Shown here: positions 16,393-39,697 of the stretch, piece after piece | Layout of the letters: the number at the start of each line of letters is the position of its first letter | How positions within the stretch are numbered: position 1 is the stretch's first letter | Source: the human T2T-CHM13v2.0 reference genome, Homo sapiens | Strand: one strand, 5' to 3' | NCBI RefSeq assembly: GCF_009914755.1 | Contig: NC_060933.1 | DNA: 64,000 bases | Made by a program: the position numbers and the translations under genes | Notes under the pieces: generated by a model | Database searches by the model: none | The model's input: the letters and a program-made list of their open reading frames with translations, nothing else | Told to the model about the DNA's origin: nothing

Positions 16393-16802
16393 TCAGTTCC
16401 CCTCCCACTCCCAGAGGTGGAGCGCATGGTCATAGAAGGAGCAGGTGGCCAGGAGGCTGAAGGCTGAGTCTGCTTCTTCTGGGTTCACGCCACAGTCACG
16501 TGTGGTGGCTGCTGTAGCCTGCAGCCAGGTGCCATTCTTCCTCATGCCCTCTGTGAGTGGCTTCATTCCACTCTGGGGTCTGGCATGGCCCTCCCCATCG
16601 TTATCCTCTCTGCATTCATGACAGGGTGTTGGCAACTCGCTTGCACCCTTCAGGTCTGCCGTCTTGGTTCCTAGGTTGCTAGGAAAGGACCACGAGGGGG
16701 CCCGCTGCAGAGAACGGAAGAGCAGCCAGGACCAGTCGGCTCCATACACCAGCGAGTCGGGCAATGTGTGAGATGTCAGGACCGTCGCCTCCTGCCTCTC
16801 CT
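16393..16802 (-). CDS. DPH7: DPH7 exon 9 (last coding exon; ...SLVYGADW...LLATCSFYDHALHLWEWEGN*)
   Basis: CAG acceptor at 16803-16805, TGA stop at 16393; the nine exons sum to 452 aa. Confidence 0.95.
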
Positions 16803-18114
16803 CTGGAGTGAGAGATGGGAGAACCCAGGAAACACAACATCACCCAGAGCCTCTCCCCAACCTGTCACACCTGACAGGGAGACTCCAAGAACAGCCCCTC
16901 ACAGGTCAGCAAGTGTTTCCTGAGGAGCCGTTGTGTCATGCAAAGGAACCAGCAAGACCTGGGCATATGTTGGAGAAGAAACAGACCGTCATCTTGCAGT
17001 GCACACGCCTGTGTGCCTCCAAGAGAAGCATCAAGCGGGGCTACAGAACCTCACTTGATGGTGAAGAATACGGCAAAAGCCAGAGAGGGGGAAAGACCTC
17101 AGTTAACACTTAAAACCAAAGAACAAAGGAGTTTTAGCCAGCTGGGAAGGAAGGGGATGTCTGAGGAACAGGCAGCATGTGTACAGCAGAGGTGAGAAAG
17201 TCCAAGGCTCGCACGGGGAACCACAAACAGGCAGCCATGGCACTGTCAGTGAGTGACAGTGGGCTGGAGCGTCCCAAGCATGCAGGGTCCGGCACGCCCT
17301 GTTTCAGAGTCTGGATTCTGGCTTGGAAAGGAGCCACTGACAAGGTTAAGTGAGCAGTTTCTTTATAGAAGTTGCTACGGCAACTGGAAAGAGGCCACAA
17401 CTGCCTCCCAGAGCACACAGCAACAGAGGGAATGACGAGGCGTGGCCAAACCCGAGGCGATCTGGAGTCCAGGAGGCAAGGCCAGGGCTGGCAGGGGCAG
17501 TTGCAGAGAGCAAGTGGAAGGTGAGCCAGGGGCTGCAAGGCTGGGTGGCCACTTGGGCTCTGAAAGGGCTGCCATCGCTACCTCTGAAGTACAGGGATTG
17601 ATGCCAGCAGTGACCGGAATCAGAACCAGAATGAGTGCTGATGGAAGAAGGGCTGAGGGCAGAACAGGACCGCACTGGATTACAAAACGTGCCGAGGTTG
17701 TATGGGCCTGGGCCGGGGAGGCCCAACCCTGGGCCCAGGGCTTCAACTGGGCAGAGGTGGCTCCGAGGAGGTGTGAGATGCTGAATGTTCAGAGACAGCC
17801 ACAGGGGCCCTCGAGCAGCATGTGTGGGGCGACCCTCGGGAGGAAGCCCCTGGGGAGGCCGTTACTGTCCCTTGGGAGGTAGCGTCACAGGGCAGGCAGG
17901 ACCTCCGCTAGTCTTTCATCCAGCAATCGCTCAACACGTCCACTCGGGCCAGCAGGACCTCTTCTACAGCTTAGGAAAAGGTAATAAGGCAGAGTCTAAG
18001 CCCTCAGAGAGCCACAGCCTGGGAAAAAGACAGCGAATGAGTGGACGGAAGACACTGTTGCGACCCCAAGAATGGGAGGCCCTTTCTGATTAGCCACAGG
18101 CCAACGTTTCCTCC

Positions 18115-19560
<1,446 letters not shown>

Positions 19561-19569
19561 AAACTAAAA

Positions 19570-21215
<1,646 letters not shown>

Positions 21216-21592
21216 AGTTAAAAGGCAGGAGACCCAGTGTGTGCCCAACAGACAATGCTGGAGTGTGTTTAAGAAACTCAAGCAAAGGAAATGCAAGTCA
21301 AGGGATTAATGGGCAAGTTCTCCTTCAATTATCAAGGCTACAGAGAAAAGTATCAAGTATTCAGAAGTCTAGGAAACACCACCGAGGGCCTCTCCTAAGC
21401 GTCTCTCAGGAGGCAAGCTCTATCCAAACAGGCGGTGGCTGGGAACAGCTGTCACCAGGATGGATGGGAGCACAACAAATAGTCAATTGCGAGCTGAGAC
21501 TTAGGAAAAAACAGGTGGGGCAAGGACAGAAAAATAATATGTTAATGCTGTGTTCTGAGTAGGAAAAAATGCCATTAAGAATGGGAAGAGAT

Positions 21593-24846
<3,254 letters not shown>

Positions 24847-25587
24847 TTAATGGTGGGAAGATGAGGTGGTTTTGTGATTGCTTATTTTTGGAGTGAGGGG
24901 AGAGAGAAGAGGCGAAAGAGGAGAGATCATGAGCTGCAAGTCAGGAGGGAAGAGGAGGTCCTGGAGGTTTGAGCAGAGAGAAGAAAATGTGAACCAGTTC
25001 TGACAGTGGGGGATTACTGCCTAGAGAAATGTTACAGATCACCAGGAATCCCAGGGACCTACTAGAACACAACGTGGACAGCTGATTCCAGCCACGTTCT
25101 CCGGCTCAACCAGAATCAGAGGTGCTTGTTCCCAACAAAACAACACTGGGTTCTGCCCAGAGTGTGAGAAAGGGATGAAGGGAATGGAGTGTGAGCTCAC
25201 AGGGGGCAGCAGACCACAGAGTCCCAGCTGACCACAGGCAGGAAGAGCATGGGAGAGCACAGACAAGGATGGTTATGGGAGTGATGGGTGGCCAAGCCTC
25301 CAGACTAGAGGTCCCAGTGGGGTCAGAGGTCTGCCGAAATGCAGGAGGCACCGGAATGACGGAGCTGGGAAACCAGGGAAAACTGTGGTTAGAGAGCAGA
25401 GATTCTGGAGCTGGGACAGTTATGGATCACGACCAAGTCTAGGGCGCGACGCTGGGAGTGTGTAAAAGCTGAGGGAAGAGCCCAGCAGAGCAAGGGAGCA
25501 GGGAGCTGAGGGAAGAGCCCAGCAGAGCGAGGGGGCAGGGAACTGGTGCCCTGCCCTGAGGCCCAGCAGCCACGGGTCCCCACTCAC

Positions 25588-25760
25588 CCATTGCCTTTTG
25601 GCAGTTGAGGATCTTAAAGCCACTGTGCATGCAGGCGGCCAGGAGCAGGTGGTGGTGGAAAGGGTGCCACTTGATTCTCCATACCCCACCCTGCACAGGC
25701 GTATCTGCCAACGGCTGCTTCATGTTTCGTGTGTCCCACAGTAGGATGTGTTCATCATAG
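25588..25760 (-). CDS. DPH7: DPH7 exon 8 ([16 protein letters not shown]...LNCQKAM)
   Basis: CAG/GTGAGT, 173 nt, WD40 repeat. Confidence 0.96.
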
Positions 25761-26046
25761 CTGAAACCGACCAACCACAGGAGACATATAAGGAAAGCCC
25801 AGGCTCACCTGTTCCACAAGGCCCCTGGGGGGCACAGAACGTCTCCCAGAGACCTGTCCCATGCATCCCTCGAGGACAAAGTCCCCTTTACCAAACCCAT
25901 ATACCTACACTCCGGCGAAGCACTGGCAGACGAAATGCTGCAATGGTGCCAGGAGGAAAGGCAGCGAAAGAGGGAAGAAGGGCCCAGGAGCCCCCCGGGG
26001 ACAGCGAAAGAGACGAGAAGGGCCCGAGAGCCTCCTGGGGACTCAC

Positions 26047-26112
26047 CTTCCCGTGGCCAGGATGTGCTCCCGATGAGGGCTGCTCTGGATGCTGCACACA
26101 CCCATGGTGTGT
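26047..26112 (-). CDS. DPH7: DPH7 exon 7 (HTMGVCSIQSSPHREHILATG)
   Basis: CAG/GTGAGT, 66 nt, frame-consistent. Confidence 0.94.
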
Positions 26113-26238
26113 CTGCAAGCAGAGGCGGCTTCTGAACCAGTGTCCAGCACACAGACCCACCCAGGGAACGGGAGGGCTGGTGACCCAGGGAACGCGGGGG
26201 CTGGTGTGGGCACCGAGTGCTGGCCCTTGGGCAGTTAC

Positions 26239-26308
26239 CTTTTGCTGGTGAAGAGAAATTTGCCGGGTACCCTGGTGTCCCAGCCCCTCAGAAGGCCATC
26301 GTCGCCCC
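26239..26308 (-). CDS. DPH7: DPH7 exon 6 (GDDGLLRGWDTRVPGKFLFTSK)
   Basis: CAG/GTAA, 70 nt, SGGDD...WD motif. Confidence 0.95.
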
Positions 26309-26377
26309 CTGTGTGGAGAAAGAGAAGCATCAACACCACTAATGACAGGAAATGAGTGTTCTCAGTTAGGCCGTTGA

Positions 26378-28279
26378 TGTCTGTGAGGAAGCTCCCCGGG
26401 GTGACTGTCTGTGAGGAAGCTCCCCGGGGTGACTCTGTCTGTGAGGAAGCTCCCCTGGGTGACTGTCTGTGAGGAAGCTCCCCTGGGTGACTCTGTCTGT
26501 GAGGAAGCTCCCCTGGGTGACTCTGTCTGTGAGGAAGCTCCCCGGGGTGACTGTCTGTGAGGAAGCTCCCCTGGGTGACTCTGTCCGTGAGGAAGCTCCC
26601 CGGGGTGACTCTGTCCGTGAGGAAGCTCCCCTGGGTGACTCTGTCTGTGAGGAAGCTCCCCTGGGTGACTCTGTCTGTGAGGAAGCTCCCCTGGGTGACT
26701 CTGTCTGTGAGGAAGCTCCCCTGGGTGACTCTGTCTGTGAGGAAGCTCCCCTGGGTGACTCTGTCTGTGAGGAAGCTCCCCGGGGTGACTCTGTCTGTGA
26801 GGAAGCTCCCCGGGGTGACTCTGTCTGTGAGGAAGCTCCCCGGGGTGACTCTGTCTGTGAGGAAGCTCCCCTGGGTGACTGTCTGTGAGGAAGCTCCCCT
26901 GGGTGACTCTGTCTGTGAGGAAGCTCCCCTGGGTGACTCTGTGAGGAAGCTCCCCGGGGTGACTCTGTCTGTGAGGAAGCTCCCCGGGGTGACTGTCTGT
27001 GAGGAAGCTCCCCGGGGTGACTCTGTCTGTGAGGAAGCTCCCCGGGGTGACTCTGTCTGTGAGGAAGCTCCCCTGGGTGACTGTCTGTGAGGAAGCTCCC
27101 CTGGGTGACTCTGTCTGTGAGGAAGCTCCCCTGGGTGACTCTGTGAGGAAGCTCCCCGGGGTGACTCTGTCTGTGAGGAAGCTCCCCGGGGTGACTGTCT
27201 GTGAGGAAGCTCCCCGGGGTGACTCTGTCTGTGAGGAAGCTCCCCGGGGTGACTGTCTGTGAGGAAGCTCCCCTGGGTGACTCTGTCTGTGAGGAAGCTC
27301 CCCTGGGTGACTCTGTCCGTGAGGAAGCTCCCCGGGGTGACTCTGTCTGTGAGGAAGCTCCCCGGGGTGACTCTGTCTGTGAGGAAGCTCCCCTGGGTGA
27401 CTGTCTGTGAGGAAGCTCCCCTGGGTGACTCTGTCTGTGAGGAAGCTCCCCTGGGTGACTCTGTCTGTGAGGAAGCTCCCCTGGGTGACTGTCTGTGAGG
27501 AAGCTCCCCTGGGTGACTGTCTGTGAGGAAGCTCCCCTGGGTGACTGTCTGTGAGGAAGCTCCCCTGGGTGACTCTGTCTGTGAGGAAGCTCCCCTGGGT
27601 GACTCTGTCTGTGAGGAAGCTCCCCTGGGTGACTCTGTCTGTGAGGAAGCTCCCCTGGGTGACTCTGTCTGTGAGGAAGCTCCCCTGGGTGACTGTCTGT
27701 GAGGAAGCTCCCCTGGGTGACTCTGTCTGTGAGGAAGCTCCCCTGGGTGACTGTCTGTGAGGAAGCTCCCCTGGGTGACTCTGTCTGTGAGGAAGCTCCC
27801 CGGGGTGACTCTGTCTGTGAGGAAGCTCCCCTGGGTGACTCTGTCTGTGAGGAAGCTCCCCTGGGTGACTGTCTGTGAGGAAGCTCCCCTGGGTGACTCT
27901 GTCTGTGAGGAAGCTCCCCTGGGTGACTCTGTGAGGAAGCTCCCCTGGGTGACTCTGTCTGTGAGGAAGCTCCCCTGGGTGACTGTCTGTGAGGAAGCTC
28001 CCCTGGGTGACTCTGTCTGTGAGGAAGCTCCCCTGGGTGACTCTGTCTGTGAGGAAGCTCCCCTGGGTGACTCTGTCTGTGAGGAAGCTCCCCTGGGTGA
28101 CTCTGTCTGTGAGGAAGCTCCCCTGGGTGACTCTGTCTGTGAGGAAGCTCCCCTGGGTGACTCTGTCTGTGAGGAAGCTCCCCTGGGTGACTGTCTGTGA
28201 GGAAGCTCCCCTGGGTGACTCTGTCTGTGAGGAAGCTCCCCGGGGTGACTCTGTCTGTGAGGAAGTTCCCCTGGTGACT
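26378..28279. repeat. ~1.9-kb minisatellite (likely VNTR), 30-bp unit CTGTCTGTGAGGAAGCTCCCCTGGGTGACT with 28- and 26-bp variants, roughly 65 copies, in DPH7 intron 5
   Basis: Near-perfect tandem units read directly. Confidence 0.98.
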
Positions 28280-28854
28280 TTGCTGGAGGAGTCTTAGGTT
28301 GCCACCTCAACAGGAGGTCCCAGAAACAACCCCCAGGAAAGTCATCACTGTGCCTTGACTCTCTAGAGACTGGAAGCAGGAGGGGAAAGACGGACGGGAA
28401 CAGAAAGAAGCCTGCAGGAACAGAAGGGAGGAAATGGAAACTGAAGGGGCCCTGAAGGCCATCAGGTGCAGGCGACCATTGTTCACAGGGGCCGTTACTA
28501 GGTCCTAGGGGCTAAACTGCCTTTGCTAAGGGCTCCAGTGAATAAAGCCCTGGCTTCTAAGAAGAAGAGTTGCCAGATCAGAGCCCTGAACAGAAACTGC
28601 ACACAGGAGGCAGCAAGCACAAGGACTCCACACCATGCACCTGAAAGGAAGGTGCCCTCTGTCATCTTAAAGCACTTGTTTAGGGGAACGAAAAGGATGG
28701 GAGAAGAGAGGAGTTGGTGCACTGAACCACAACCAATCTTCCAAGAAAAGCAATGCAGACATGGGGTGAATGGTGGCACCTGAAGGAAGGGAAGCTCAAG
28801 AGCAGGGCCCACAGGGAGAGTGAAGAAGATCAGAAGGAAAACGTCTAGGCCTAA

Positions 28855-29818
28855 CCACATCACCCACCCCTGCATCATCCAGCTCCCACTACCCACCCAC
28901 CTTCCATCCATCTCACCATCTATCCACCCCCCGACCTCACCCTATCCAAAATTCCACCATCCATCCACCCATGCCCCCACCCACCCCCCACCCACCTTCC
29001 ATCCATCTACCCACTATCCATCCAACAATCCACCATCCATCCACCACCCACCACCCACCACCCACCATCCAAAAATCCATCCATCCACCCACCATCCATC
29101 CATCCAGCCAGCCAGTCACTCACCCACCATCCATCCATCCATCCATCCAACAATCCACCATCCATCGACCCACCCGCCCTCCCACCTTCCATCCAACAAT
29201 CTACCATCCATCCACCCACCACCCACCACCCAAAAATCCATCCATCCACCCCCCGTCTATCAAGCCAGCCAGCCAGCCACTCACCCACCATCCATCCATC
29301 CAACAATCCACCATCCATCCACCATCCACCACCCACGACCCACCACCCACCACCCACCATCCAAAAATCCATCCATCCACCCATGATCCATCCATCCATC
29401 CATCCATCCATCCATCCATCCAACAATCCACCATCCATCTATCCAGTCACTCACCATCTATCCACGCCACCACCACCACCATCCAAAAATCCACCATCCA
29501 TCCACCACACACCCACCAACTCATCCACCCACCATCCATCCATCCATCCATCCACACGCCCTCCCACCCACCATCCATCCACTCACCCACTATCTATCCA
29601 AACTCTACCACCCACCATCCAAAAATCCATCCATCCAGTCATCCACCATCCATCCATCCAGTCACCCACCATCTATCCACCCCACCACCACCCACCATCC
29701 AAAAATCCACCATCCATCCACCACAAACCCACCCACTCACTCATCCACCCACCATCCATCCATCCATCCACCCACACGCCCTCCTACCCACCATCCACCC
29801 ACCCACCCACCACCCATC
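28855..29818. repeat. (CCAT/CCAC)n low-complexity tract, ~1 kb, almost no G on the + strand
   Basis: Direct inspection. Confidence 0.95.
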
Positions 29819-30669
29819 AAATAGGTACTTGCTGAACACACACTATGGACCCTCATAATAGACACTACGGATACACAGTGAACATGACCTACAGTTAAAT
29901 GAACCAGCGGAATCAGCTGACCTAGGCATGAAGCCTGCAGATGAGCCTCAAGTATGAGCTGCCATTCTGTGGCAAATTTGTACAGAGTAGGCAAAGGCTT
30001 CTTTATACGTGAGTCTCTCCACTCTCGCATGCCCCACATATCCACTCCATCAGGAAATCTGACTGGATATACCTTCACTTCTATCCAGAACCCAACCACT
30101 GGTCCTCACCTCCACTACTCCAAACCTGCTCTGGGCTGTCTCATCACCTGCCCAATGTCAAGTCTCCAGGCTGTGTCCCTCCCTCTTGTGGTCTAGACTC
30201 ACATTCACCAAAGAGGTCATCGCAAATTTTAAAATGCAAGTCAGAATCTGTCATTCCTCTGCTCAACATCCTGCAACAGCTCCCATTTCATTCTGAGTAG
30301 GAAACAAAGTCCTTCCTGGAGCCTGCACGGCCCTGTGCCCTGGCCCATTACCTCTGATTTCACCCTCTTCTATTCCGCTACTGCCTCAGGTCATCCTAAC
30401 CATGCTGGCTACTGGCTACTCTTCTGCCATAGCAGGGCCACTCCTGCCTTAGGACCACTGCCCACCCTGACCATGCTCTCCAACAGTATAATCTGCACCT
30501 GCTCCCAGCACCCTTGGTCCCCTCTCACCTCCTTCTACCTTCTTTCCAAAGCACTCATTGCCCCTGACAGGCCATGCAGTCTCCTTCCCTATTACATATT
30601 ATGCCTTGTGTTTACTGTCTGTCTCCCCGCCACAGAATGTAAGCTGGGTGAAAGCAGGGACTTTTATGT

Positions 30670-33829
<3,160 letters not shown>

Positions 33830-33873
33830 TCAGCAAGCCTTCCATCAGAGGTGACCGGTGGAGGAATACTGAC

Positions 33874-34046
33874 CTGAATACACAATTTCTGGATGCCAGT
33901 AATTGAAAGCAGCAATCCAGGCCTCGAATTGATGTGCCTGCCATGAGGCCACTTTCTGCAGCCTGGGCCTCGTCTCATTCACCATCAGGAGGTGGAGCTG
34001 CCCTGTGGAGTCACTGCTGATGATCTTCAAGGGCTGGTCCCCGGCC
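33874..34046 (-). CDS. DPH7: DPH7 exon 5 (AGDQPLKIISSDSTG...AHQFEAWIAAFNYWHPEIVYS)
   Basis: TAG/GTCAG, 173 nt; HxFEAW motif of the Dph7/Rrt2 family. Confidence 0.96.
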
Positions 34047-34417
34047 CTAGACACAGGGAACCCATGAAGAAGCCCGGCAGAATGTTATTCGTCAGCCTCT
34101 TCTGGTTCCCAAACAAGTCCTGAGAGACGGTCTCCACAGCCCTGGGATGCGGATATGCCCCTTAAGAGACTGGCGGCTAAGATCACAACCACTGCTAAGC
34201 TTGTCAAAGACACCAGTGTCGACTTCTCTAGGTAAAAACACTATCGCTATGTATCTAAAATGGGGGACCTTTTTTTCATAATAGGACTGGCAGTGATGAT
34301 GTCAGGGCTGAGGAGCACAGTCGCAGCTCGCTGAAGGTGGCTGGAGCCCTCTAGCCTGAAAAGTGGAAGTGGTTCTCAGAGAAAGACTCAGGACCCCTGA
34401 CCAAGCCTGGCCCTTAC

Positions 34418-34509
34418 CTTCCAGTTTTCCCAGTGGACCAATCTAGGGACAAAGCCAGACACTGCTCCTCCAGGGCAAGGCTGGACAATGGCTCCAGCAC
34501 GTGGCTCTT
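34418..34509 (-). CDS. DPH7: DPH7 exon 4 (KSHVLEPLSSLALEEQCLALSLDWSTGKTG)
   Basis: TAG acceptor within CAG-TAG-AAG, GTAAG donor, 92 nt. Confidence 0.92.
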
Positions 34510-35745
34510 CTACTGGAGAAGAAGAAACTCCATCAAAGGGAAGTAGCCGCCCCAGAACCCCCAAAAGACTTTTCCTCTCCTGCAGGGAAGTCATCGTTCC
34601 CTCATTTACAACCTATGCGAATGAAGTACATCAGTCACTGAGTCACACCTCCACCTAACACTGAAACCCCTGCTAGGGGCCCCGAGAAGACCTGGGGACA
34701 CTGGAGCTCACACTCCTCACACTTGCAGGACAACTTTCCCACAGGCTTGATCTTGGGGCATGGTCTCCCTCCCTTTCACACCCCCTTGCCATCCTTGCGC
34801 TCCTAGATGCTGTCGAGATGCCTGTGCAGGCTCCAGACCACAGTGGCACACACAGTTTCCCACCCCAGGCCTCCAGGGCCACTGGAACACTCGCCTCCCG
34901 AGACAGAGACAATGGGGAAACTCCTCTGGTTTCCACTTCAGAAGCCGCGAGCAGCCATGAGAACGTGGTTGCTCTTTATGCAGATCTATATAAATTTCAT
35001 TTCCTAAACAGCCTGGCCAGTGCTTAACTCCATCCCTGCTCCCAGCAGGCTGCTGTACCAAAGCCCTTTCCTGGGTTCATGCACTCCTCCCTTGGGCCCA
35101 CAGCTTTCCTGTGGCTGCTCTTTCCCTCCTTTCTAAGACAGGGCAACTGCTCTAAGCTGCCTTAAGCAAGGCCTTTTCCTACACAGGCCCTCGGTTGGCC
35201 CAGCCCCGCCTGCAGCATCTGCATCGGAGTGAGGGCGTGGTTTCAGGCTGTTTACATCACCCCACTACGGGACATCCCCGTTCTCCTCCCCGACAGCTAT
35301 CAGATGAAGTCACTTTGTTAATGCATGGCTCCAGAGCACTGTGAGAAACTCGGAAAAATTCACACAGGACTCACGTGCTTTTCCAATAATCAGTGAGAAA
35401 TGCCATCTTCACACAGGATGCTCACTGCTACTCTGGGCCCCAGCATCAACCTAAGAATGCTTGCCCAGGCTCTCCTTAGAGAACTTTCAGATCCACTGAC
35501 AGGTCAATGAACATCCTGTCACTTCAGCCCTTCTGCTGGTGACACATGAGGTGACTTCCTCTTGGAGTTGGATGTAGAACGCAATACAACTTAAAAATAG
35601 ACTCCACATTATCTTAGAACGTTTATATATAGCTCACCATTGAAGAGAGATCGTTTTAGAAAAATGTCTGTATCAGCACAGCCTCCTCCCCAACCCTCTC
35701 TATTCAGGTCCCTTCTGCCCCACAGAACAAGTGCAAGTCACTGAC

Positions 35746-35833
35746 CTCAGATTCCACCAGGCGGAGCAGTTGTATGGATCCACTGGCATCTGCCAAGCCC
35801 AAGAGGGCATGTCCAGCCACCGGGATGTGACAC
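35746..35833 (-). CDS. DPH7: DPH7 exon 3 (CHIPVAGHALLGLADASGSIQLLRLVESE)
   Basis: CAG/GTCAG, 88 nt. Confidence 0.95.
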
Positions 35834-35906
35834 CTGAGGAGAGGGCCCACCATAAGCACACCAATGTGCCCGGAGCACAGGCGTGCACTGTGCGTCCCGG
35901 TAACCA

Positions 35907-36847
<941 letters not shown>

Positions 36848-37135
36848 ATTTAAATCTCAGCTCCAAAAGTGGGCTAGAGCCTACAACTGTGTTCTCAAAC
36901 AAAAGACGCCCCAGGTTATGAAGTCAGAAAACTCCCATCACTTCCCCGGCTGGAACATGACAAAGGAAATAAGCCCCAGGTAAAGCACTCCCCAGGTGGA
37001 AGATAGGCGGGACAGCAAAGAAACAAATCCAAAGTTGAGATGCAATGCCTGTCTTGTTGAAGGCATCAGGCATCAGGCTTCCCTGATTGCTACTCATGAC
37101 AAATTCTACACCCAGTGGGATTATCACAGTTATAC

Positions 37136-37269
37136 CATTTCATGTCCAGGATTGCAGAAGTATCTTTTCTTTGGACCTCGACCAGAGGGTGAATAGAGTT
37201 GTTGTCATTGAAACTGTACAGGAAGAGACGGCCTAAACGGACCTGAGGCTCCTTAACTTCCATTCCACC
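37136..37269 (-). CDS. DPH7: DPH7 exon 2 (GGMEVKEPQVRLGRLFLYSF...SAILDMK)
   Basis: TAG/GTATA, 134 nt. Confidence 0.95.
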
Positions 37270-37612
37270 CTACAAAAAATGCAGAGGTAGTCTCTGATTA
37301 TCCCAAGACACGAAGGAACCCAAAGGATGGGAAAAGGGATCCAAGGAACTCAAAGGTTTGCCATGACTAAAGGAGTGGAATTCTGCCTGGAAGGAGAACC
37401 TCTGGTTTTCTGAGCTGGAGAAACGTCTATTAATGAGTAGGTGAACACTCCTGGACCCAGTAGAGAAGGCTCCTTCTAAACCGGCCAACAGGGACCAGCT
37501 ATGGCTAGGGTAACCACAGAACCCAGTTTGCCTGGGACAGTCCTGACTTACGCCTGTTGTTCCAGTGCCCAATTTGGATCCTAATATGTACCCACCAGAA
37601 GTTAAGATATAA

Positions 37613-37993
<381 letters not shown>

Positions 37994-38290
37994 TAATTGT
38001 TTTGTATTTTTTTAGTAGAGACGGGGTTTCACCATGTTAGCCAGGATGGTCTCGATCTCCTGACCTCGTGATCCGTCCGCCTCGGCCTCCCAAAGTGCTG
38101 GGATTACAGGCGTGAGCCACTGCGCCCGGCCGAGAACAATTTTTTTAAAAAGATTCTAAACTGTTTCCAGCCTACCTCCTGGCCAAAGGGCCAATATCCC
38201 CTCTTCATCTCCTGGGCGATTCGGTGCGCCTTTCGGCCTCAACCTCGTGGCCGGCCCCGCCCTCCCCTCCCGAAGCCGCGGCGCGCGCAC

Positions 38291-38443
38291 CTTGTTCTGG
38301 GGGCCGGCAGGCCGGTCCTCCGGCCGCCGCAGCTGGTAGGTCCCGCACGCCAGCAGGTGCCTGCAGCCTTGCAGCGGGCACCACTCCACCGAGTCCGCGG
38401 TCAGCTCGGTGTCCACCGTTTGCAGGGCGAAACAGCCCATCAT
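38291..38443 (-). CDS. DPH7: DPH7 exon 1, diphthine methyl ester hydrolase, WD40 protein (MMGCFALQTVDTELTADSVEWCP...ACGTYQL)
   Basis: ADSVEWCP and GTYQL motifs; AAG|GTGCG donor; 153 nt. Confidence 0.96.
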
Positions 38444-38813
38444 CCAGCCCTCGGGGAAGGGCGCGGAGCCGGCAGTAGAGGCGGGTCGGCGGGGCCGGGC
38501 TGGGTACTGCGCGGGGCGGCGAGGCCGGGGCCGGCCGGACGAGCGCAGAGCCCCAGGGACACCGTCAGCGCGGGCCGCCTCTCTCGCGACTCCTTCCGGG
38601 GTGCCGGGGCGGGACATCCGGCAGGGCCTTGGCCTCCGTGGACGCCCCTGGGAAGCCAGGCTCCCACGCCCCCTGTCGGCCGGCTGACCGCGGCGGGCTT
38701 CAGGCGTCAGACGCGCTGCTCCCTGCGGGGCCGTAGAGACCGAAGGCTTCGGGAAATCCGCTCCTCCACAAAGCAGGTTTGGAGACGGCAAGTTAGTGAC
38801 AGAGCCGTAGGTT

Positions 38814-39697
<884 letters not shown>

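Noticed and set aside
26378-28279. Regularly spaced repeats resembling a CRISPR array
   Set aside because: No unique spacers, no cas genes, human intron; it is a tandem minisatellite.
26235-28310. 691-aa minus-strand ORF through the 30-bp array
   Set aside because: Starts at TTG, not ATG, and is open only because the unit lacks stop codons. It is not a standalone gene; its splicing relevance is covered as a finding.
28820-29858. His/Pro-rich and Trp/Gly/Met-rich ORFs
   Set aside because: Translations of the (CCAT)n low-complexity tract.
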